From the NCBI GenBank assembly GCA_026026165.1, contig JAPEUD010000014.1, forward strand, positions 1 to 64,000: a stretch of 64,000 nucleotides of DNA. The letters are read 5' to 3'. The DNA comes from Sarea resinae. Its lineage: Eukaryota. Below the pieces are notes generated by a model. That model saw only the letters and a list, made by a program, of their open reading frames with translations, searched no databases and had not been told where the DNA came from. Every line of letters begins with the position of its first letter. The first letter of the stretch is position 1. Made by a program: the position numbers and the translations under genes. Positions 13,042-23,820 of the stretch are shown in pieces.

Positions 13042-16000
13042 ATGGAGGCCACCCCCGAACCGTCGGTCGTTGACTACGCGCGCTTCCATGGCTTATCCAC
13101 TAACCATCTGACCCTCCACCCTCTACAATCCGCGAGCATGCCGCCCACTTCCGGCGACTTCTGGGTCAGTTTTGCAGATCCGGAAGATATGCCCTCAGCT
13201 GACGAGACACATTGGGAAATGCCGCTGACAGAGCGGTTAGCGGCCAGTAGAGAGGCAGCGATCTTATTGTCAGTGGTACGCGAGACGCCAGAAGAAGCGC
13301 CTCTATCTGAGCTTCTAGCGAAAGAGTTTAGGGAAAAGAAGTGGGAAAGTGGAAATCAAGCGGAGACGATGAAATTGGAGCTGCCGTTGCTGCGAACAGA
13401 GCACTCTACTGATATGCCTAGCTTCGGACGAAGAATCGTTCCGGACCTTGAGCATCTAGGTATACCGGGAATAATGCTTGATGGGGAGCAGGATGAGGGA
13501 TTCTGCTGGCCGGCCCGAAGTTTGGAGCTACCCAAGACGATTGAGGGAAACCTTCGAAATGAGAAGCTGCAAGCTCCAAGGGATCTGCTATTGTATCTAC
13601 AGGCACGATTGAAGGACCCGCTCCAGGAGGCAGACGAGAGCGTAATGGAAGAAGGCGCCTTGGGATATCAGAAGGTGGGCGATGAGACGAATACCGCTGC
13701 GTCACAGAGAACTCCCAGTCGAGATCGATGCACATGCTGATTATGATGTCTTCAGAGAGCTTTTCTCGAGCCTCTCACACCGCCCCTTCTTCCCCTCTCT
13801 CCAGCCCCAACCCCATTCGTGCCCGTATCACCAGATACGCAGCTTCTGCTTCTCTCAGATAGCACTTCACCCACCGCGTCTCAGAGTCGCGAGCTAGATA
13901 GTCAACTAATGCGCGAAGACGCTGATGATATGTTGCTTGATACCGACGAAGTCATGGCTCTGTTTGACCAGGGTGGCTCTGAGGGCGAGCAATTGCCATC
14001 CTCGCCACCGAAGATCCGCGAAAGACGACGCCGACCATCGGATCTCAAAATTGAGACGCCTCTAACGCCACCACAAACAACTCAGCATCCTGCATTCACA
14101 GGCCCCTCACATCAGAAACAGACATTACCTCACCTTCTCGACTCCCTAGTCCCCTCTCTCCCACCGCCTCTTCCTTCAACTCCATCTGGTGCTTCATCTC
14201 TCTCCCCAACGGCTGCATTCATAAACGCACAGATCCAGCCCCTCGCTCTTCAAGCCACACGGCGTGTCAAACAAGAACAACTTTTAGAATCCGACGCCAC
14301 CATTCACCGTGTCTCCATACCACTCATGGATTTCTCTCTCCCGCTTCCGCCTTGGAAAGTCTACACTTGTAGATTGAACTCAAAAGTCAAATATCGTGAG
14401 GCGCATTCAGAGTTGCTCAGCCAGTGTAAGCTGCTGAATGCGCTGAAGAGCCGCTGCTTCACCGAGAGGGATCTTGGCTGGCCTGGTGCGGCCCGCCTTG
14501 AGCGTAGCCTGCCATGGGCACCTTTTGGGCCTGAACTAGGAGATGTCGCTGTCAACGAGAACTTTGGCAGGGGTAATGAGAAGGCCGTGGAGGATATTCT
14601 AGAAAGTTTGACTCTAATCAACGATAAGGATATCGATGTGGGGGTGATAGGAGGCAAGAAAGGTTCGGGATTGAGTATCTTGACATCAGGCTTGGATGGC
14701 GATGAAGATGACGACTCTATCTTGCCGGGAACAGCCAAACTTCAAACAGATATGGACTCCCTGCTGCTGCGCCGAAAACGCAAGATCCAAGTCGATGGCG
14801 ACGGTTCCTACGCGTTTCCAAGAGCAGAGACAGCACTAAACCTATCATCATCATCAATGACTTTCTCCTTACTTGGAGGCATTTTCAGCACTGCCACTGC
14901 TCTCGATAACTTTCTAGAGCTGAGGGGAAGCAGCACGATTACGCCAATTGCAAAGAAGCAGAAAATACTGACTCAAAGTCCCTACTTCGCCTCTACCACC
15001 ACTGTACCCGCAACAAAGAAGCCCGCAGCGGGCGAGAATGCTCAATCTCCTCGATTTTCGATGCCTGCAGCCGCATCTGATATAGATGGCACTCAGAGCA
15101 CTGTCATACCCATACCCATTCCCTGTCCATCACCGTCACCATCCTCAGAACCTCTGCGTGCCCCCTTCGTCATAGCAACTACGCTCCTCTCTCACCGCTC
15201 TCTATATCGGCTCCTTCAAACCCTCCACCCTAGTGCCACCTTCATCGAGCGCGACTTCTCCGCCCACCTATCCACAACGTCATCCAACAACTTCGGCGTA
15301 CCGTCACCGCAAGAGAACGGCCGCTTCGACAATCGACGTCCACCAAACAACTCCAATTCCAACCAGGACCACCACCACATACCATCACTTCTGAGCCTGG
15401 GCGACGAAGCAGACCTCATCCTCTCTCCCCATACAGCACTGATAATAACAACGCTCCAAAAGCTCCAGCAGCGTCCCCTGCCCGGACATGAACACCTCCC
15501 CTCTCGCGGGAACGTGTGCGTGCAGGAGCGGATCAGGAGGATCGGCACGCGGTATGAGCGACTGCTGGTTCTGGTCAGTGAGGGGGCCCTAGCGTCTTTC
15601 AACGGTATCAGTGGTACTGGTTCTGGTAGTGGGGGTATCCCTAACACAGCTAACAATCTCGCGCAACGAGACGTAGATGCTCTGGCCGGATTGACGAGTT
15701 TCTGTAATTCGCTGGCGGCCAACACGGAGGTCGTGTCTCTGTACGCCGCGGGTGGAGAGGAAGAACTGGCGCGCTGGATCAGCGGATTGATGGCCAGATA
15801 TGGGTGCCTGTGTACTAGCGTGAGTCTGTTGCAAGAGGAAACGGTGGTGCGTATCTCTCCAAATATCTTCCCCTTCAGTCAATAGTAGCAGCAGCTGGCA
15901 GCAACAAGAAATGTCCTGTCAGAAAAACTTCGTTCAACCGACTCACACATACATGCATACACAGTGGGAGATCTTCCTCCGACGCAGCGGTCTCAACGCA

Positions 16001-16288
16001 TACGCGGCGCAAGTCGTCTTGGCAAGTCTGAAACCGTCCTCGACATCGCCATCCCCTTTACCATCAACGCTTCCACCAGCTATTCCTCCACCCTACCGCC
16101 GCTGTTCTCCTCCATCCCAAGACCAGGAACACGGCCAAGAACGCGAACACAACCGCCCCTCATACCCGGCCCTTGCGTCTTTCGTCCTCATGTCGGCCCC
16201 AGAGCGCGAACGGCGCCTTTCGGGTGCCGTGGGCGGCACCCGCGTCTTGCGCCGGGTCGGAAGCGTGCTGGATGCGTGCTGGGGCTAG
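13042..16288 (+). CDS. ZIP2: Probable ZIP2/SHOC1 meiotic XPF-like protein (~1015 aa, 3 exons)
   Basis: Exons 13042-13674, 13756-15846 and 15965-16288 join in frame. C-terminal ERCC4-like block IERDF...EADLILSP...RYERLLVLVSE, followed by HhH2-like EETVWEIFLRRSGLNAYAAQVVL...LASFVLMS, resembling the SHOC1/Zip2 C-terminus as I recall it. The CDS is secure; the orthology is inferred. Confidence 0.62.
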
Positions 16289-17563
16289 TCGTGTCCGACT
16301 CTTTCGGGTTCGTTGGTTGGTACGACGTGTGAGCAAGGGCTATCTGGTGCGGAAAATAGGGGATAAGGCCTTTGTATCTGTTCCTCTGGTTGTGATCCCC
16401 GATGGATGGAAAAAGGGGGAGGGGGGAACGGGATCCCGAATCCAGTTGATCAAGGACTAGAAATATCATCCATCCTTTCACTTATACCGTGATTTCTTCA
16501 AGCCAAGAACCAATATCAAGAATATCTTCACAATCACTCACTGTCCATATGTTTTCTCCAAGTTAAAGAATCTGCCACCGTCTTCTCGCAAATGTCTTCT
16601 CGCAAATATATAGAACTCCCCCCTCCCCTACTCCTTGATGTTGATGGTATCGGATCTATCCTTCTATAATAGTCCCTCCCCCCTCTCTCTCTGCCTCCCA
16701 CCTCCACCCCGCATAAAAGACCCGTAACACAATCCACACGCCTCATACCTTACTATAAACCATATACCCACCCTTTTTTTTTATCCCCTTTTATAGTTTC
16801 CTTTCCAGCTACAGCTAAAGCTAAAGCTAAGGGGCGGTGATACTCTTAGTCTGTATGTGTATAAATGATATGTATATAGGAAGGCTGATTACCTATCCCA
16901 TCTTACTCTTACCCTGGACCCGTACCCTCACCCTCACCCTTGCCTGTATCTTAGCTAACGTTACCTGACCTCCTCACCGTATCATAGTTTCAAACAAGGG
17001 GACTTGTTGATGAGTTGATTTGACTGGATTTGATTGAAGAACATTTGATGTTGGTGGGTGGGGAGGTTACGTATTGGGGGGAGTACTGGGGAGTGCTGGT
17101 GACTAGGATACTAACACGGGTGCGCTAAACGGAGGGTGTGGGAGGGGGTAGAGGAAGGGGGTTAAGGGGGAGGGGGGGGGGGGGGGGTTAGTGATGGTGA
17201 CGATGGTGATGGTGCTGGACATGATGATAGAAACAATGGGGCTTTGGTTGTTTGGCCGTTTATTTGGTGGTTTGGGGGATGGGATGGGATGGGATGGGAT
17301 ATATAGATGTAAATAGAGGCGGAAATGGGCATGGGGGAGAGGAAATGGGGATATGGATGTGTGGATGTGGATCCGTTTTGCTTGGCCATCTGCCTGTCTG
17401 CCTGCCTGCCTGTATCGAACATCCGTTTACATTAATCTAAAACTGTATTCGAATTTGCCCTTCTTTTTCATGTGCTCGCTCGCTCGCCCGTACAGTCATG
17501 TTTTTCCTCTCCGTCAAAGATCTACGCGTTCGTATACCAGCCTAGCACGACGTCAATCTCACC

Positions 17564-19228
17564 TCACCTCCGCCACGATTGCTGAGCCTGCCCATGACCT
17601 GGGACACCACCACCGAGAGCCAATTCCTGCACGCCCTCCCTGACCCCGCCCACCTTGCCCGCCACGGCCAAGATGCCGTTCTCAAACTCCCTGAGCACGG
17701 CCGCGAGTTCGCGCACCTGGTCCTCGGCGCTGCGGGCGCCGCCGCCACTGCCAGAGAACCCGCCGTTTTCGTCGCGCTGACGCGTGAATAGCAGCTGCTG
17801 CATCTGCTGCATGGTCGAGGCCTCGACGCCGCGCAGGTGCGACTCGATTTCCTGCAGGTTGCCGCGGTAGTGCGCGAGCGTCTGGGACATTTCGGCCGCC
17901 GTGCGCGTAAAGTACGAGAGAAGCGACGTCGTGGTCGAGTCTTTTTCCTCGTCGTCGTTGTCGTTGTCGTTGGTCCCCGCGGCGCCGCTGCCAGGGCCCG
18001 CCGATGATGACGAGGGGTCTCCGGCACGGCTGCCGCTGACGCCGACGGCCGCGGCGCCCTTGGAGGCCGAGGATTGAGAGCCCGATGGTACGGCTGTTGG
18101 GTCGTTCCAGAGCCCCGTGTAGTGGTACTGGTGCGGCAGCTTGAGGTTGTCGATGGCGGAGAACGAGAGCTTGGCGTCGGCGGCGTCCTTGCGGATGAGC
18201 TTGCGCACGCGGTCGACGGCCTGCGCGTCGTTCTCGAGCGCGTGCTGCGCCGTCTCGAGCCGGCGCGTGATGAACTCGACGTCGTTGGGGATGTAGGAGA
18301 GCGTCTCGCCGTGCTTGGGCATCAGCGCCGCGCATTGGTCTTTGTACGTCATTTGCTGCTGGATGAAGGTGTCGATCGTCTCGATTTGCTTTTGCAGCGT
18401 CTCGTGCAGGTCGTTGAAGCGCGTGGTGCCGCGCAGTTGCGAGATGTCGATTTGAACGCCCGGCACGCTTTGTTGTTGTTGCTGCTGCTGCTGCGGTTGC
18501 TGCTGGGTGCTTTGCCCGAAGAGAGACGGCTTTTGTTGTTGTTGTTGCTGTTGGCTTTGGCTTTGAGAGAAGAGGGAGGAGGTTTGTTGCTGGGGTTGGT
18601 TTGTGCTGCTGCCGCTGCTTGTGTATCAGTTGGTGGGGCTTTCATGATATCACGGCATGGCTGTTCTTACAAGAGTGAGGGCTTATTCTGGCTGTTCAGT
18701 CCTCCAAAGAGGCCACCTCCTTGAGATTGCTGTTGTGGCTGCTGCTGCTGCTGCTGATTTTGGCCCAAGGTGCTCCCGAATAATCCTCCGCTCTGTTGCG
18801 GTTGTGATTGCTGCGTGCTTGACCCGAAGAGTCCGCCGCCGGTCTGCTGCGTAGATTGTGATCCGAAGAGACCTCCACCACCTCCACCACCGCCTTGCTG
18901 CTGCGTGGATTGCGTTCCGAACATGCCTGCGTTTGGTTGCGCTGCTTGCTGCTGGGGGTTGCTGGCCGATCGAGCGAAAAGGCCTGCTGATGGCTGAGGC
19001 TGGCTCGCAGAAGAGCCGCTAACGAGAGTGAAGATGGAGTATTAGGCAATGGCAGCGTTGCAAGAAGATGCGGAGCGATCTTTTGATGAGAGCGACTCGT
19101 GTATGTGTGTGTGATGTGTGCTATGTGGTTGTGCTTGTGTTTGATGCGAATCGCGTTCTCGAGACTCACGACAATGACCCCCCCGTAGTGATGCTCAGAC
19201 CTGTGCTCGCAGACCGACCGAGAGACAT
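17564..19228 (-). CDS. NUP49: GLFG nucleoporin Nup49/Nup58 (3 exons)
   Basis: MSLGRSASTGLSITTG first exon; multiple GGLFG repeats with poly-Q; PGVQIDISQLRGTTRFNDLHETLQKQIE coiled-coil domain; ends FENGILAVAGKVGGVREGVQEL. Confidence 0.88.
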
Positions 19229-19473
19229 AACAGTATCTGAAGCGCAAAGTGTGTCCTGCGCGTTGGCCAAGACGAGAGATGGAATGTCGCTCGAACTTCC
19301 AACTTGCGTGTTTCCTGAGATGCCCACGAAATGGATTCACAGCGGAGTGCCTAAAGAGGAAAACGAAGCGAGTCGAGACCAACATCATCGACTGGAACTT
19401 CGCGACAGCTCTGGCAGCAGCAGTACGCCAACAGCTGCGGACAGGAGAGCTACTGCAAAACCAACCCGCAAAG

Positions 19474-20682
19474 ATGGAGGAAGAAGAAGACGACTTTTAT
19501 GCGCCAGCTGAGCCCACCGCGGACGCATCGGCTGCTCCCAATGCACCAAAGGAGGGCGCTTCAGCCCAGGAGCAGTCCGCTTCCAAGGACCAGAAGATGG
19601 AGGATGAGCTCGAAGAAGGCGAAGAGGAAGAGGAGGAAGAAGAGGACGATGATAGCGATTCCGTAAGTTTTACGTTCTACAACTCCTTTGTTCGTATGAC
19701 ATTACATACTGATTGCGCCCCAGGACATCGACATCATCACCGAGCGAAAAGACGGATCTAAGCCCGAGCCGCCGCCGTGAGTGATCGAACCCTTTGTTGA
19801 ATTGGAGGATCAAGCTGATTCGTTTGGCAGACAAGCTTCGCGATACAGCTCGATCAAGAACATTCCCGCTAGAACCGCGTCTTCTGACAACTTGATCAAA
19901 GTTCCTACGCCGATCAAAGCTGAGACGCCGAAAAGAAGTACTCCGCTGAAATCGGGCGCTGACTATCCCGCTGTCGCCACCTCTACCATTGACGTTGATG
20001 CGAAGCCCACCTATGAACCTGCGGGTAAACCCATCACCGAGATAGATATTGATCAAGGTGAGCTTGAATGCCACTCTCGTAAGAATCATATCTGACCTTC
20101 TTTGCTCTAGATCTCGGAGAGCACGACAAGCCTTGGCGGAGGCCGGGTTCGGACATCAGCGACTACTTTAACTACGGCTTCGACGAGTTTACTTGGGCCA
20201 CCTACTGCCTCAAGCAGAATAGTCTGCGAAAAGAGGTCCAGGACCAGAAGAAACAACTAGACGACATGCAAATGATGTTGAACGGGCCCGGCGGTATGCC
20301 CGGCATGCCAGGGATGCCGGGCATGCCGGGCGCGCCCCAACCGAATATGGGCATGCCTCCTCCTATGCCGGGAATGCCCGACATGTCTCCGGACATGATG
20401 CAGCAGATGGTTGGGCAATTTATGGCCCAAGGACTCGATCCGAGCCAGATGGACCCTTCAATGTTCATGCAGCAGCTGCAGCAGATGCAACAGGGTGCGC
20501 AAGGGCAGGGAGGCGCGAATCAGAATCCCGGGTTCAGCCAGGGTCAAGGGTTTGGTGGGCAGGGCCAGCCTCAGCAGCAGATGGGTTTTGGTTTTGATCC
20601 GATGATGGGGGGAGATGCGAACAGAAACCGGGCGGGAAATTTCGGAGGTCGTGGGAGAGGTGGAGCTCGTCGGGGATGGTGA
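19474..20682 (+). CDS. FIP1: Pre-mRNA polyadenylation factor Fip1 (4 exons)
   Basis: MEEEEDDFY acidic N-terminus, DSDIDIITE, Fip1 motif DKPWRRPGSDISDYFNYGFDEFTWATYC, Met/Gln/Gly-rich RGG tail. Introns ~19663-19723, 19777-19830, 20058-20110. Confidence 0.95.
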
Positions 20683-23600
20683 TTCCTCGGGTCTTTGCTT
20701 AGAGGTCCAGAAGGATGGGGGCCTTTACCACTGAGGTGGAATCTTGCATTTGTCGGCGTTATTGCGAAGGGCAAGGAGAACCTGTAAAATGGTAGCACCA
20801 TGGCAATAGTTTTATGTCACGATCTAGAGAATCAAAATCGAATTCCGCCTCGCGGGCCATCCAGCGTGGGTTCAGTGAGAGGGAACTGCTGGAAAAGAAC
20901 AAGGGATGGGAAGTGCCGGGTAACCCTCCCCGTCACCCCCAAATCGACAACCTCCACATCTGAGCGTTGGGAGATGCTTCTGGTCTCTCCTCCTACGCGA
21001 ATTCTCAAGATATAGTAAATTAATACGAATTTCCTACGCTTTCTCTACATGAACTCTTCGTATCTCTTCTCCGGTGGTGACTTGGGATGCAGAAGGCATC
21101 CAAGTCTCGTTCCAGACAGCCTGCTTGGAGATACCGAATATGCGGCTCGCTGGGACAGCGAACGTGCAGACGTTCTATCCCCAGCGCACATAGCTGCTGT
21201 GGGATTTCGTTGATATGTCGTTCAAAGCAGTCATCCTACTGTATTGCAGATAGTCCTCCGAGAGATTACAGGATGCTCTGTCAACATGCGTGACTATGAT
21301 TGCTGGGACCGACATATGCTGCTATACAGACCATCGTCTCCTCGACAACCTAGCTTTCGACAACAGCCCCTCTCCAACGTTGCCCTTCGCTATGCTTTCT
21401 GTAATCGCTCGGCGTCCCTCCTTTTCACGGCTCCGAACGGAGATGTCTTTGGAGAAACGGCCCTACTCCTGGTGCGGGAAGCTCGATTGCTGCTACGCCC
21501 CGAAGGCTTTGCTGGAGCAACTCACGGCCATGGACCTCAACCTCCCTGCGCTGAGTCTTTGCCACTGGCTTCTATTAACCCTTTCACACAGCGCGGCTTG
21601 GAAAGCTTGAGGCCTCGATGCCCAGAGTCACTTCTTCAACTATCTCCAATTCATCCCCGATTCATCTCTCCATTCAAATCCCCATCTCTTTCCATGCTTC
21701 ACACTCTGGCTTCCGCAGCTTTGTCTCTTTCTCTTAGCTTTCTTGCTCCAAGGTAGTTTCTATATTATCATTCCAAGCTCTTCCTCTTCGTCTCCCATCG
21801 CCTCTTCTGTCAAGCACGTCTCAAATCTGCTCGACTCCGATCCAACTCACAATTCGCCAGGCCAAACGATCACGATCCTGCCTTTGACGAGCAGTCAGTC
21901 TCTTGATGTCCTTTTGATAAAACGGCCTCTGGGGGGATTTCACCTAAGCTTTCGAACTTCTCAAACCAGGCTGCCTAGCCATTTGTCCACGGTTCCCGGC
22001 TCCGGAGGATGCCTTGCCTAGGCGTTCATCACCATCTTTCCTCCACGTTTGATGCTTCGCAATTCTGGCTCCTCGCAATCATGGTTTTGATAAAACTGTT
22101 ATGGTTTTGTTTCTTCTTGTTAGCCCTGACGATGCCTGTTTATCTGCCATGATTCTTCTTTTTCCAGTTTTGTGGCGCTTTCTCATTCCCTCCGTGCGGG
22201 ATGAAGAAAGATAGTCCTTGATTTTTGGTGTATACGCGGCAAGGTTTGGCCTTCATGCTCCGGAAATGTGCTACCTGACCTGTGCACACGCATTCACTGT
22301 GGAAGCCGAGAATGCGTGGATCAAAATCTTGAGATTCGTCAGTCACTGCGTTTTATTGAATACTTGTATGGCTCTTTGAAGGGCCTCCTTTTGCCATCCA
22401 TTCACGGATTTGGCTTTTTCCTTTTGTGTATCTGCATTGAATACTCAGGCTCTGGGAGTGATGCAAGAGAGCTTTCCAAGTTAGCATTACTTCACCATCG
22501 GTACCTTCGGCCATAACTGTGTTGCTGGAGAATCCCTAGGAATCGGCGAATAAAGACCGGGTCTCTGGTTTATCGCGGGCTTTCCATTCGAAGAACAACC
22601 ATCACAAGGGCTGTGTGTCCGCAAAAGTAGTTACTGTCGGACGGCTTCCTATGATATTAGAAAGGGATAGGTCTCTTATCTTAGACTGTCGATGCGCTTC
22701 GTTCTTGGCGCGTAACTCGGAAGATCTTCTCTAGGCTCTCTATTGCTGGTTAAGAGAGAGTCCGGGCTGGGTCTAAGGACAGTAGGTGGAGACAGGTGGT
22801 CAAAGATTTGATAGAAGAAAAAAGCTTCGAAGAAGGTAATCACGGATGCCGTCTGGGTCGGCCTAGAAGCCCTTGATAAGCTTCGAAGCATCATGACTAG
22901 GGGTTCCAACTGAACAGGTGGATCAAATTTGAGGCCTTCTCTTGGCTTATATTTGCATCATCGCATCCAAGCACAAAGACTCAAGCTTGGTAGACCCTCG
23001 CGCGCTACGTCAGTCATCTATTGGCAAGTGGATGTTGCTTTGGTGCTGTTCATACTTCTTGGTGGCTTGAACAGAAACCCTCATCCCGCTGGAGAGATAA
23101 GGGACTCGCACAATTTTCAATCGCATAAGAGAATTGGAGCTTCAAACTCATCAGCATTGCTTCGCCGGCTGCCATTTGGCTACCTTCCATTAAGGCACCG
23201 CCCACGCCACGCATACGTTCGACCGATTTACTCCTTTCGTGCCCACTTACCACCACGCCTCTCTCTACTTCCGAAGCACAACGCTTTCGTCCTCGAGCTC
23301 GGTTCACTAAGGAGGTTCAGAACGCCTGTCGCCCGTACCCAAGCAACTCTCCTCCACTTTCCAACCCACACCTTCACAAGATTACCTTCCTACACCCGCA
23401 CTACCAACCTCCATCCTCCTCCCCACCACCACACTTCTACTCATCTTTTCAAATCGACAACCCTCCTCCTTTGAGACACTCTCTGGCTCATAATCATAAT
23501 TCAAATCATTCCTGCTGTCCAACTCAGGGTCTTCATCGGTCGGCGAGATCCGCTAAGACAACTCTCACTTTGAGGTCACATCTCGGCTGTCCTAAGAGAC

Positions 23601-23820
23601 CTTACCTCTCACTCATTATTTACCCTTACCACCTCATCACCCACAACGACTGTCAGTCTAAGTTATTCCTTTATTAATTTCGTTCTTCATATCTCGGAAT
23701 CTATGATAGAGGTTGTGTTATCGACGACATTTGCTAATCTCTCGTGTCACATTACATTAGTTTCTCGGTCGCACTTTATCACGAAGTGATCTCAAGTCGA
23801 CTATTTTTCCTTCACACACA

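Noticed and set aside
17542..18724. Long overlapping alternative-frame ORFs in NUP49 (similarly in TYW1, 33012-33830)
   Set aside because: Explained by extreme GC3 depleting stop codons.
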